From positions 240,033-304,032 of the forward strand of contig JAZDMX010000003.1 in NCBI GenBank assembly GCA_043800555.1: 64,000 nucleotides of DNA, given 5' to 3'. The notes beneath the pieces were generated by a model. The model searched no databases. It saw nothing but the letters and a program-made list of their open reading frames with translations, and was not told where the DNA came from. The position numbers and the translations under genes were made by a program. Origin of the DNA: Candidatus Omnitrophota bacterium. Lineage in GTDB: Bacteria > Omnitrophota > Gorgyraeia > Gygaellales > Profunditerraquicolaceae. Below are positions 29,563-39,086 of this stretch, in pieces (the first letter of the stretch is position 1; each line of letters begins with the position of its first letter).

Positions 29563-29636
29563 CGGGCATTTAGCTCAGCTGGTTAGAGCGCCACATTCAC
29601 ATTGTGGAGGCCAGAGGTTCAAGTCCTCTAATGCCC
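29563..29636 (+). tRNA. tRNA-Val (anticodon CAC)
   Basis: Acceptor GGGCATT/AATGCCC, anticodon stem-loop CCACA-TTCACAT-TGTGG, T-loop TTCAAGT. Confidence 0.85.
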
Positions 29637-29739
29637 ATTTCTCAAACAAGGCCGGGTATAATTTCTGCCGCAGGCTCTTTATAAGGGCCGGCTGCGGATG
29701 AGTTTAGGGCGCCAACTAATATAGCGGAAGGAGAAAAAA

Positions 29740-30465
29740 TTGCCGGAAACTAGCCTCAAGTCGCAATTGACAAACTTGATTAAATTGCAGGCGGTAGATA
29801 CTCAAATATACGCTTTGCAATCGGAAAAATCCCTTAAGCCGCGGGAAGTAATGGCGTTAGAAACTTCTTTTGAAGAGAAAAAGGCGAAGTTGGCCGAGCT
29901 GGATAAGAAATCCCTGGATCTTCAGAAACAGAGAAAAGATAAGGAACTGGAGCTGGCTTCAAAAGATGAGGCAATCAAGAAGCTGCAGGGGCAGCTCTAC
30001 GGGCTTAAAACAAATAAAGAGTATCAAACTATGCTGCAGCAGATCCAAGATGCTAAGGCCGACGCTTCCGTGATTGAAGATAAGGTCTTGGAGCTCTTTG
30101 ATGCTGCCGATAATGTCAGGAAAGAAGCCGAGAAGGAAAAAGACAGGCTGAAAGAAGAAGAGTCAGTATTCTTAGGCGGGAAGAAGAAGATAGACGAAAG
30201 GGTCAGGGAGATCGACGAGCGCCTTAGTTGCCTGCAGGCGCAGAGAAAACAGGCTTTGCAGGAAGTCGAGCCTAAGGTTTTAATCCAATACGAAAGGATA
30301 TTGTCCAATCGCGACGGTTTGGCCATTGTTACGGTCAAGGGGAATTCTTGCGGAGGTTGCAACATGTTTGTCCCTCCCCAAGTCATAAACTTGATAAAAA
30401 TGTATGACCATATAATTACCTGCGAGATGTGCAACAGGATCCTGTATATAGAGGAGCCCTGCTAG
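29740..30465 (+). CDS. COG1579-type coiled-coil protein with C-terminal C4 zinc ribbon
   Basis: 241 aa; long coiled coil followed by CGGCNMFVPPQ...CEMCNRIL. Confidence 0.75.
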   Translation: MPETSLKSQLTNLIKLQAVDTQIYALQSEKSLKPREVMALETSFEEKKAKLAELDKKSLDLQKQRKDKELELASKDEAIKKLQGQLYGLKTNKEYQTMLQQIQDAKADASVIEDKVLELFDAADNVRKEAEKEKDRLKEEESVFLGGKKKIDERVREIDERLSCLQAQRKQALQEVEPKVLIQYERILSNRDGLAIVTVKGNSCGGCNMFVPPQVINLIKMYDHIITCEMCNRILYIEEPC

Positions 30466-30504
30466 AAGCAATCATAACGGTGGTTACGAAGGTTTTTTAC
30501 TGAT

Positions 30505-30917
30505 ATGAGGGAACTTGAGATTTATATTGATGGCGCATCCAAAGGTAACCCGGGCCAAGCGGAATCGGCGTGGTTATCCTGCGCCAAGGGGAAACTTTAA
30601 AGAATATCTCTGTTTACATAGGGCAGGCGACCAATAACATCGCCGAGTATACGGCTTTGATATACGCGCTTCAAGAGGCCTTGCTCTTAAAAGCGCAGAT
30701 ACTGAAAATCAGTACGGATAGCCAGCTTTTGGCTCGCCAGATGAACAAAGTTTACAAGGTTAAACATGAGAATATAATCGGCCTTTATAACCAGGCCTTA
30801 AATCTATTGGCCGGATTTAAAGAGGTTTCTATAAAAGATATCCCGCGGCAGGAGAATCAAGCCGCAGATCGGCTGGCAACTCAGGCGATTAAGAACGAAT
30901 TAAGAAAAGTTCTTTAA
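30505..30917 (+). pseudogene. rnhA: RNase HI family gene interrupted by an apparent 1-nt deletion in a C/G homopolymer near 30555 (pseudogene or sequencing error)
   Basis: Frame 1 reads MRELEIYIDGASKGNPG...stop at 30598; the -1 frame continues PSGIGVVILRQGETLK... to 30917. Restoring one C gives the canonical DGASxGNPGPxGxGVVI motif. Confidence 0.7.
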
Positions 30918-30963
30918 AATAAGGGCCAGGCCCCGTATATGGGCTGTCGGGGATTTTTTACAG

Positions 30964-31456
30964 GGCAGGCGGAATGTGGTCGCCCGTTATTGAATAAATG
31001 GCGGGAGGAAAGTCCGGGCTCCGGAGGACAGCGTAGTAGGCTAACCCCTACCCTTCGGTAAACTTACCGAAGAGGATTATCCCTTGGCGTTGGCTTGAGA
31101 AAGCCGCGGCAGGGGGTCATTGCCTGAAGACGTAAGCCTAAGGCGATGAGAGCCACAGAGACGAGGATCGTTGGTGCCGCTGATTTTGTTTTGCTGGTAG
31201 CGTTGGTTTACCGGCGCGATTCAGTTTTTAATCAGCGGGATCAGCGGGGAGTGAAACGAGGCAATCTCTGCGCGGAGCAAGGCGAATAGGAGATGATCTG
31301 TCATTAATTTGGCAGAACGCGTTTGTCCGGCGCGTTATTAAATCTCGGGTATTAAGCTGCTTGAGCTTTGACGGCAACGTTAAGGTCGAGAGGAATGATC
31401 ACTAATCGGCGCGAAGAAATCGCACCAAGACAGAACCCGGCTTATTTCGCCTGCCC
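30964..31456 (+). ncRNA. rnpB: RNase P RNA (rnpB), bacterial type A with extra insertions (about 490 nt)
   Basis: P4 GGAAAGTCCGGGCTCC at 31007-31022; GGAGCAAGGCGAATAGG; GCTTGAGC; 3' ACAGAACCCGGCTTA; P1 pairing GGGCAGGCG/CGCCTGCCC. Confidence 0.8.
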
Positions 31457-31559
31457 ATTTAAATGTTGGAATAATCAGAGGCCGGTAGCTTATGGCCTTA
31501 TAGCCAGTAGCCGGAATTATAACCGGCTACCGGCTAAGTATCGTTAAAGGAGGAAACAA

Positions 31560-32312
31560 ATGTCCGGTCATTCTAAATGGAAGACGAATAAGGGAAAGAA
31601 AATGGTGGCAGACGCCAAGAAAGGGGCGACTTATACCAAGATAATCAAGGAGCTTACGATTATTGCCCGCGAAGGCGGCGGAAACCCGGATACAAACCCC
31701 CGGTTAAGGGCTGTTATGCAAAAGGCGAAAGAAGCGAATATGCCTTCTGATAACGTGAAAATGGCGATTAAGCGGGGAACAGGGGAATTGCCCGGGGTTG
31801 TTTATGAGACATGCATGTATGAAGCGTATGGGCCGGGAGGAGTAGCGATGATGATCGAGGTCCTTACCGATAATAAGAACCGCGCCAGCGCCGAAATACG
31901 CAATATTATGTCAAAAAAAGGCGGCAGCTTTGCCGGGGCGGGCTCGGTCAGCTGGATGTTTACGATGAAGGGTTATTTCCTGATTGATAAGGGCCAGGCC
32001 AAAGAAGATGAATTGATGAACATAGTCCTGGATGCCGGCGCCGAAGATATGAAATCAGATGAAAAGAATTTTGAAATATTCTGCGCTCCTCAGAATTTCG
32101 AGAAGGTAAGGCAGGCCATAGAGGCAAAAGGGATCAAGCCCCAAGACGCCGAAGTTACCATGGTGCCTTCTTCAAGCATTAAACTGGCCGGTAACGACGC
32201 CAAGCAGCTGCTTTCATTGATTGACACTCTTGAAGAGCATGATGACGTGCAGCAGGTTTACGCTAATTTCGACATACCTGATGAGTTGATGGATCAGTTG
32301 GCGCAGGAATAG
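31560..32312 (+). CDS. yebC: YebC/PmpR family transcriptional regulator
   Basis: 250 aa; MSGHSKWKTNKGKK N-terminus. Confidence 0.9.
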   Translation: MSGHSKWKTNKGKKMVADAKKGATYTKIIKELTIIAREGGGNPDTNPRLRAVMQKAKEANMPSDNVKMAIKRGTGELPGVVYETCMYEAYGPGGVAMMIEVLTDNKNRASAEIRNIMSKKGGSFAGAGSVSWMFTMKGYFLIDKGQAKEDELMNIVLDAGAEDMKSDEKNFEIFCAPQNFEKVRQAIEAKGIKPQDAEVTMVPSSSIKLAGNDAKQLLSLIDTLEEHDDVQQVYANFDIPDELMDQLAQE

Positions 32313-32371
32313 TCGATGGATCCCGTTAGGGATAAAACTTTGACGGGTTCTCTAAGGGGATTTCTGACAGG

Positions 32372-32872
32372 ATGAAGATACTGGGGGTTGATCCTGCTTT
32401 GGCTGTTACGGGTTACGGGTTAATCAAGGTCGAAGGCAATAAATTGGCCTTGATAGAAGCCGGAATAATTTCTACTTGCGCTAAAGATTTAGTAACTACC
32501 CGCCTGGATAAGATATACCGGGCAATGATTAAATTAATTTGTGACAGTTCTCCGGATGTCCTGGTTTTGGAGAAAATATACGCGCATTACCGGCACCCGG
32601 TGACGTCGTATATCTTAGGGCAGGCGCGCGGAGTAATATGCCTGGCTGCGGCGACAAAAGATATACCCCTGGTAGAATACGCGGCTACGCGGGTAAAAAA
32701 AGCGGTAGTAGGCAAAGGCCTGGCCCCAAAAACTCAAATGCAGAGGATGGTAGCCGGCTTACTTGGCTTGAAGGAGATACCTAAATATAGCGATGTTACC
32801 GATGCTTTGGGGTTGGCTATAGCCCATAGTTATATAAGCAAGGCCAATCGTTACGGGCTGATAAGCGCATAA
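32372..32872 (+). CDS. ruvC: crossover junction endodeoxyribonuclease RuvC
   Basis: 166 aa; MKILGVDPALAVTGYGLI. Confidence 0.9.
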   Translation: MKILGVDPALAVTGYGLIKVEGNKLALIEAGIISTCAKDLVTTRLDKIYRAMIKLICDSSPDVLVLEKIYAHYRHPVTSYILGQARGVICLAAATKDIPLVEYAATRVKKAVVGKGLAPKTQMQRMVAGLLGLKEIPKYSDVTDALGLAIAHSYISKANRYGLISA

Positions 32873-32890
32873 GGTTAGGGCTATTTAAAG

Positions 32891-33517
32891 ATGATTTCGA
32901 GGATTACCGGCAAAATTATCGATAAAGGGAACAATTATTTAGTGCTGGATTTGAATGGCCTTGCCTATCAAGTTTTTGTCCCGGCCACGGTAATGCAGAG
33001 GATAGGCGATTTCTCGGGAGCGGACCAGCTGATAAGCCTGCGGACTTTTCATTATTTGCAGGTTGACCAGTCTAAAAGCGTCCCGTTTTTAATCGGATTT
33101 ATAAATGATATTGAAAAAGATTTCTTTGAAATTTTCATTACTGTTTCGGGGATCGGGCCGCGCGCGGCTTTGAAGGCCCTTAATAAGCCAATATCCGAGA
33201 TTGCCCGGGCAATTGACGAAGGGGACCTGGCTTTTTTGAGGTCGCTCCCCGGTATAGGCGAGCAAAGGGCTAAAGAGGTAATTGCCAAGCTGCAGAATAA
33301 AGTCGGCAGATTCGGCCTTATCCAGGACCGTGCGGTTAAAGCCGGATTCACTAAGCCCGGGGGCATTATTGAGGAGGCCCTGGCAGTGCTTATGCAGCTG
33401 GAATATAAGAAATCCGAAGCAATGAATATGATAAAAAAGTCTATTGAATCGGCCCCCGATACGGATACGACCGAAGAGCTATTGAATTTAGTATATAAGC
33501 AGAGGAAGGCAAAATAA
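32891..33517 (+). CDS. ruvA: Holliday junction branch migration protein RuvA
   Basis: 208 aa; MISRITGKI...; helix-hairpin-helix motifs GIGPRAA and LPGIGEQRA. Confidence 0.9.
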   Translation: MISRITGKIIDKGNNYLVLDLNGLAYQVFVPATVMQRIGDFSGADQLISLRTFHYLQVDQSKSVPFLIGFINDIEKDFFEIFITVSGIGPRAALKALNKPISEIARAIDEGDLAFLRSLPGIGEQRAKEVIAKLQNKVGRFGLIQDRAVKAGFTKPGGIIEEALAVLMQLEYKKSEAMNMIKKSIESAPDTDTTEELLNLVYKQRKAK

Positions 33518-33601
33518 ATTTCTCCGGATTAATCCCCCGCAGGCATTGATATGGGCGGGATTTTGTGAATGGCGCGGCTTGTTTAGCCGCGGACCTGTAA
33601 A

Positions 33602-34207
33602 ATGGCAGATACCAGGAAATCGGTGATTGAAGCGCTTTTATTGGCCAGCGAAAAGCCTTTGGCCTTGGAGCAGATACGGCTTGTTTTGGATAACGCCGGT
33701 AACGATGAAATCCGTAAGCTGCTCGATGAATTGAAAACGGAGTATGAGCAATCTTGCCGGGGCATCCGCCTGGCCGAGATAGCCGGCGGGTTTCAGATGA
33801 TTACCGCATCGGAATTCGCCCCCTTTTTGAGAAAACTTTTCAAAAACAGGCATATCGAAAGATTGTCCAAGCCCGCCTTGGAGACTCTGGCTATTGTCGC
33901 GTATAAGCAGCCTTTAACGAAATCGGAGATTGAATTATTAAGGAATGTCAACATTGACGGGGTGATGAAGAGCCTCTTGGCTAAGGGCCTGATTAGGGTC
34001 GCCGGCAGGAAAAAGGCCCCGGGGAGGCCTTGCGTTTACGGGACTACCCGGATCTTCTTGGAGTATTTCGGATTGAAATCTTTGGATGATTTGCCTGAAA
34101 TCGATGATTTTCCCGCGATGGCCAAAAAAAGCAACCTTACCGATATTGAATTGGAAGAGGAGAATAAAGCGGAGGTAATGAATGAGCCTCAAAGCACTGC
34201 GCAGTAA
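33602..34207 (+). CDS. scpB: segregation and condensation protein B
   Basis: 201 aa; IEALLLASEKPL and ScpB winged-helix repeats. Confidence 0.85.
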   Translation: MADTRKSVIEALLLASEKPLALEQIRLVLDNAGNDEIRKLLDELKTEYEQSCRGIRLAEIAGGFQMITASEFAPFLRKLFKNRHIERLSKPALETLAIVAYKQPLTKSEIELLRNVNIDGVMKSLLAKGLIRVAGRKKAPGRPCVYGTTRIFLEYFGLKSLDDLPEIDDFPAMAKKSNLTDIELEEENKAEVMNEPQSTAQ

Positions 34208-35243
34208 AATAGATAATTTAGATAAAGAGATAATCGGGCTTTTGAATAAGCGCGCCGCAGTTACCCTGGATGTGGCCAGAGAAAAGAATAAGAGCGGGAA
34301 GAGTATTTACGCCCCGGAGAGAGAAAGGGAGGTTTTAAACAAGATAACTTTCTTGAGCCGGGGGCCTTTAACCGCCAAAGCGCTAGAGGCTATTTATCGC
34401 GAGATAATGTCTTCTTCTTTAGCGTTAGAAAAAAACCTGAAGATAGCGTATATGGGGCCGGAAGCCTCTTTTAGCAATTTGGCCGCCCTAAAAAGATTTG
34501 GTTCGCAGGTAAGCTATGTAGCCTGCGCCGGAATTTCTGATGTTTTCGCGGATGTGGAAAGGGATGTTGCTGATTACGGGGTCGTGCCGGTAGAAAATTC
34601 CATTGAAGGAGCGGTTACGCATACCCTGGATATGCTGGTTGATTCCGATTTAAAGATTTGCTCGCAGATAATCCTGGACGTGGCGCACAATCTTTTGGCT
34701 AATTGCCCTAAAGACAGGATCAGGCGGGTATATTCCAACCCGCAGGTTTTAGGCCAATGCCGAATCTGGCTTCAGGAGAATCTGCCTCATGCCGAACAAA
34801 TTGAGGTTTCTAGCACTACGCGCGCTGCGCAAATTTCCGCAAAAGAGAAAAACAGCGCTTGCATAGCGTCATTATTGGCGGGTAAGGTTTATAAATTGAA
34901 GGTAGTTGCCCGGGACATAGAAGATTCGCCGCATAATATAACGCGTTTTTTCGTTGTTGGCAAGGCTCAAGCGGGTAAGACCGGGCGCGATAAAACTTCT
35001 ATCCTGTTTTCTATCAAGGACAAAGTAGGGGCGCTTCAGGATATGCTGATGCCATTTAAGAAATGCGGCATAAACCTGACTAAGATTGAATCCCGCCCAT
35101 CCAAGAAGCGGGCCTGGGATTATTATTTCTTTGTGGACCTGCAAGGCCACCAGCAGGAGCCCCGGGTCCAGAAAGCGCTCCGGGAGCTGGAGAATAAATG
35201 TAAATTCCTGAAGGTGTTAGGTTCGTATCCGACCGGAGAATAA
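34182..35243 (+). CDS. pheA: bifunctional chorismate mutase / prephenate dehydratase
   Basis: 353 aa; N-terminal chorismate mutase helix region, prephenate dehydratase core and C-terminal ACT domain. Confidence 0.85.
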   Translation: MSLKALRSKIDNLDKEIIGLLNKRAAVTLDVAREKNKSGKSIYAPEREREVLNKITFLSRGPLTAKALEAIYREIMSSSLALEKNLKIAYMGPEASFSNLAALKRFGSQVSYVACAGISDVFADVERDVADYGVVPVENSIEGAVTHTLDMLVDSDLKICSQIILDVAHNLLANCPKDRIRRVYSNPQVLGQCRIWLQENLPHAEQIEVSSTTRAAQISAKEKNSACIASLLAGKVYKLKVVARDIEDSPHNITRFFVVGKAQAGKTGRDKTSILFSIKDKVGALQDMLMPFKKCGINLTKIESRPSKKRAWDYYFFVDLQGHQQEPRVQKALRELENKCKFLKVLGSYPTGE

Positions 35244-35304
35244 GCCCCGGTATCAAATCCAATCCGGAAAGGCTTAAAGCGCTATTGGCGCAAGGATAAA
35301 TAAA

Positions 35305-36393
35305 ATGCAATTCGTAAGAAGAAACATATTAAACGTGCTGCCGTATAAGGCGGGTAAGCCCATCGAAGAGGTAAAGAGGCAATTGGGTTTAAAGGAAGTG
35401 ATAAAGATGGCTTCCAATGAAAACCCGCTGGGGGCTTCGCCTAAAGCGGTTGAGGCTATCCGTAAAGCTAGTTTTGGGGTAAATCGTTATCCGGATTCCC
35501 AGGGGTTTTATTTAAAAAGAAAGCTTGCCAAGGTTTTGAACGTTAATGCAACTAACCTGGTTTTGGGTAACGGCTCGGATGAGTTAATCGATATTATCAT
35601 TAAGACCTTCGTTGAAGACGATGAAAATATCGTTACCTCCGACACCACCTTCCTGGAGTATGAGGTTAGCGCTTCTGTGTATGGGCGTAAATTAATCAAG
35701 GTGCCTTTGCGCTATTTTAAATACGACCTCGAATCGATGCGCAAAAGAATCGATAAGAAGACCAAGCTGGTTTTTATCGCCAACCCCAATAACCCCACGG
35801 GCACTTATGTAACTAAGTATGAGCTCCGTGATTTTATCTCCGGTTTGCCGCAAAATACCTTATTGGTTATGGATGAGGCTTATGACGCTTTTATCGATGT
35901 GAATGATTTTCCCTCTATGCCGGCTAAGTTTAACGGCAAAAATACCATTATATTAAAAACATTTTCCAAATCCTATGGCCTAGCCGGTTTGCGCATAGGT
36001 TACGCCGTGCTTAATGCGGAATTGGCCGGGGCTATGGAGAGGGTAAGGCAGCCCTTTAATATTAATTCTTTGGCGCTTGCCGGCGCCTCGGCAGCTCTTG
36101 ATGACAGGGAATTCTTGCGTAAAACGCGTAAAGTAATCCTGGAGGGGAAAGATTACCTTTACGATAACCTAAAGAAGCTGGGTTTGGCTTATGTGCCGAC
36201 TGTCGCGAATTTCATACTTGTCGATATTGCCCAGGATGGGGTAGAGTTATTCAACAAAATGTTAAAATTCGGGGTCATTGTGCGCGACATGAAACAGTAT
36301 GGATTGAATAATTTTATCCGGGTAACCATAGGGACAAAGAAGGAAAACGAAAGGTTTATCAAGGTTTTAAAGAAAATCTTGCGCAAGGCTTAA
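35305..36393 (+). CDS. hisC: histidinol-phosphate aminotransferase
   Basis: 362 aa; class II aminotransferase; PLP-lysine motif FSKSYGLAGLRIGY. Confidence 0.85.
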   Translation: MQFVRRNILNVLPYKAGKPIEEVKRQLGLKEVIKMASNENPLGASPKAVEAIRKASFGVNRYPDSQGFYLKRKLAKVLNVNATNLVLGNGSDELIDIIIKTFVEDDENIVTSDTTFLEYEVSASVYGRKLIKVPLRYFKYDLESMRKRIDKKTKLVFIANPNNPTGTYVTKYELRDFISGLPQNTLLVMDEAYDAFIDVNDFPSMPAKFNGKNTIILKTFSKSYGLAGLRIGYAVLNAELAGAMERVRQPFNINSLALAGASAALDDREFLRKTRKVILEGKDYLYDNLKKLGLAYVPTVANFILVDIAQDGVELFNKMLKFGVIVRDMKQYGLNNFIRVTIGTKKENERFIKVLKKILRKA

Positions 36394-36478
36394 AGGCTTT
36401 GCGGGTTGCGGGCTTAGGCAAAATTCCCGCGGCTAAACCGGCAGCGTAACCGATAACCCTAAAGCAAGGAGAGCATAA

Positions 36479-37495
36479 ATGATTATAGTTTTAAGGCCCG
36501 AGGCTACTGATGCCCAGGTTAACCACATAATCGAAAAGGTAAAAAAACTGGGATTGATCCCGCATGTGTCAAAAGGCACGGAGCGCACTATTATTGGCGT
36601 TATCGGGCCGGAAGATGTTTTGCGCGTGACGCCATTAGAGGTCTTTGCCGGCGTGGAGAGGGTCATACCGGTTTTAGCGCCGTATAAGCTTGTTTCGCGC
36701 GAATTTAAATCGGTTGATTCGGTAATAGATTTGGGAAAAGGGGTTAAAATCGGCGGAAAGAAATTGGCGGTTATGGCCGGGCCTTGCGCCATAGAAAATA
36801 TCGATATATTGCGCAAGATCGCCGCTGAAGTAAAAAAGGCCGGCGCGCTTGTTTTGCGCGGCGGGGCTTTCAAGCCGCGCACTTCTCCTTACAGTTTTCA
36901 GGGCCTGGGGGAAGAGGGGTTAAAGATCCTGAAGCAGGTGGGCGATGAAATGGGCATGGTTACCGTAAGCGAGGTTATGGATACCCGGGATGTGGAATTA
37001 ATGACGCGTTATGTGGATATGCTGCAGATCGGCGCCCGCAATATGCAGAATTTTAATCTTTTGAAAGAAGTCGGGATGACAAAAAAGCCGGTTCTATTGA
37101 AAAGGGGGTTGTCCTCGACTGTAAAAGAAATGCTTATGTCTGCCGAATACATCTTATCCGGCGGGAATTTTAACGTGGTGCTCTGCGAGCGGGGAATAAG
37201 GACTTTTGAGGATTCTACCCGGAATACCCTGGACATAAGCGCAATCCCGGTAGTTAAGCAGCTTTCGCATTTGCCTATAGTGGTTGACCCTTCGCATGCG
37301 GCCGGGAAATGGGGCTTGGTTGGCCCGCTCTCCAAAGCCGGGATCGCGGTTGGCGCCGATGGCTTGATTATCGAAGTGCATACTTCTCCGGAAGACGCTA
37401 TGTCGGATGGGACCCAATCCTTGATACCGTCAAATTTCGCGGGTTTGATGGGGGAGCTGAGAAATTTGGCTAAAACAATAGGAAGAGAAATATAA
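36479..37495 (+). CDS. 3-deoxy-7-phosphoheptulonate (DAHP) synthase, type I-beta with N-terminal regulatory domain
   Basis: 338 aa; [27 protein letters not shown]. Confidence 0.85.
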   Translation: MIIVLRPEATDAQVNHIIEKVKKLGLIPHVSKGTERTIIGVIGPEDVLRVTPLEVFAGVERVIPVLAPYKLVSREFKSVDSVIDLGKGVKIGGKKLAVMAGPCAIENIDILRKIAAEVKKAGALVLRGGAFKPRTSPYSFQGLGEEGLKILKQVGDEMGMVTVSEVMDTRDVELMTRYVDMLQIGARNMQNFNLLKEVGMTKKPVLLKRGLSSTVKEMLMSAEYILSGGNFNVVLCERGIRTFEDSTRNTLDISAIPVVKQLSHLPIVVDPSHAAGKWGLVGPLSKAGIAVGADGLIIEVHTSPEDAMSDGTQSLIPSNFAGLMGELRNLAKTIGREI

Positions 37496-38325
37496 TGCGC
37501 CTGTTTAATAAGGTTGCGATTATCGGGACCGGTTTAATCGGCGGATCGCTGGGGTTATTAATAAAGAAAAATAAGCTGGCGGGGCAGGTAGTCGGGGTAA
37601 GCCGGCATAAAAAGAGCCTCGATTTAGCGTTGAAAATGAAGGCGATCGACCGGGGTTCGGTATCTTTTGATATTATTAAAGGTTCTGACCTTTTGATCCT
37701 GGCTGTCCCCGTGGATACGCTGATCAGCCTGAAAGAGCGGATCCGTAAGGCCGCGGGAAGAAATTGCCTGGTTACTGACGTCGGAAGCACTAAAGCGCAG
37801 ATCGCAAGGCATTTAAGCGCGATTTTCCCGAATTATGTCGGAAGCCATCCTTTGGCCGGATCGGAAAAACGCGGGATCCTAAACGCAGGGCCGGGTATCT
37901 TTAAGGGTTCTTTATGCGTCCTGACGCCGGATAAAAAAACTATGCCCGGGGCCCTGGCAAAAATAAAGGCGCTCTGGGTTAAGTTAGGAGCCAGGGTCGT
38001 TTGCCTGTCTCCGGAAAAGCACGATAAGGTTTTGTCTTTTACCAGCCATCTTGCTCATCTAGCCGCATTTTCCCTGATAAAAAGCGTTCCGCTTAATTAT
38101 TTGAAATTTGCTTCCAGCGGCCTTAGGGATACTACCCGGATTGCCGCTTCGGACCCCGGGCTTTGGCAGGGGATATTCCTGACGAATAAAACCGAGTTGC
38201 TTAAGGCCTTAAGGTTATTCGAATTAAATTTAAAGGAAATAAAATACGCTATAGCCAAAAATGACAAAGGCAGGCTTGCGGGTATCTTGAAGCAGGCCCA
38301 GGAAAAAAGAAACATTCTCGGATGA
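37495..38325 (+). CDS. tyrA: prephenate dehydrogenase
   Basis: 276 aa; NAD-binding VAIIGTGLIGGS; GSHPLAG motif. Confidence 0.8.
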   Translation: MRLFNKVAIIGTGLIGGSLGLLIKKNKLAGQVVGVSRHKKSLDLALKMKAIDRGSVSFDIIKGSDLLILAVPVDTLISLKERIRKAAGRNCLVTDVGSTKAQIARHLSAIFPNYVGSHPLAGSEKRGILNAGPGIFKGSLCVLTPDKKTMPGALAKIKALWVKLGARVVCLSPEKHDKVLSFTSHLAHLAAFSLIKSVPLNYLKFASSGLRDTTRIAASDPGLWQGIFLTNKTELLKALRLFELNLKEIKYAIAKNDKGRLAGILKQAQEKRNILG

Positions 38326-38981
38326 TTATCGCTATAGATGGCCCCGCGGGCGCAGGCAAAAGCACTGTTGCTAAACTGCTCGCCAAAAAAATTAAATTTC
38401 TTTATATCGATACGGGAGCTATGTACCGGGCGCTCACCTTAAAAGCTTTGGAGTCGGGCTTGGATATAGGCGATAGCGCCGGGATTATCGAGCTGGCTTT
38501 AAATACCAGTATTAGCCTGGTTAATGATCCTGACGGCGCCTTAAGGGTGTTTTTGGACGGCCGCGATGTTTCCAGCGATATCCGCCAGCCGTCGGTAACC
38601 AGGTTTGTTTCGGATGTCGCCAAGATCGGGCGGGTGCGCGAAATTATGGTAGGGCTGCAGAGAGCGCTCGGCAGCCGGGGGGATTCCGTTTTGGATGGCC
38701 GGGATATCGGGACCGTGGTTTTCCCGGATGCCGAAAAGAAATTTTACGTGGATGCGGATTTTAAAGAACGGGTAAGCCGCAGGCATAAAGAGTCCGTAGG
38801 CCTTGGGCAAAATGTTTCATTGGAAGACGTCTCCGGGGACCTGTCCAACCGCGACAATATCGATTCTAACCGTAAAATCGCCCCGCTTAAAAAAGCCGAT
38901 GACGCTATTTACGTGGATACGACGCATTTGAGCATAGAAGAAGTAGTGGGCAGGTTATTAAAAGAAGTCCGTCAAGAATGA
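38322..38981 (+). CDS. cmk: (d)CMP kinase
   Basis: 219 aa; IIAIDGPAGAGKSTVAK P-loop. Confidence 0.9.
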   Translation: MIIAIDGPAGAGKSTVAKLLAKKIKFLYIDTGAMYRALTLKALESGLDIGDSAGIIELALNTSISLVNDPDGALRVFLDGRDVSSDIRQPSVTRFVSDVAKIGRVREIMVGLQRALGSRGDSVLDGRDIGTVVFPDAEKKFYVDADFKERVSRRHKESVGLGQNVSLEDVSGDLSNRDNIDSNRKIAPLKKADDAIYVDTTHLSIEEVVGRLLKEVRQE

Positions 38982-39086
38982 CCTATCGCTAAATCCCGCT
39001 ATAGAGCATGACCCGGGGTGTGCCATCAATCTTGAATTTGGAACCGGCGTTTAGGAATTCATTCGTCATGGGAAACCGCATTAATT

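Noticed and set aside
33518-33601. Absence of ruvB after yebC-ruvC-ruvA as a sign of gene loss
   Set aside because: ruvB is frequently encoded elsewhere. scpB follows after a short gap with no remnant ORF, and nothing in the sequence indicates a deletion scar.
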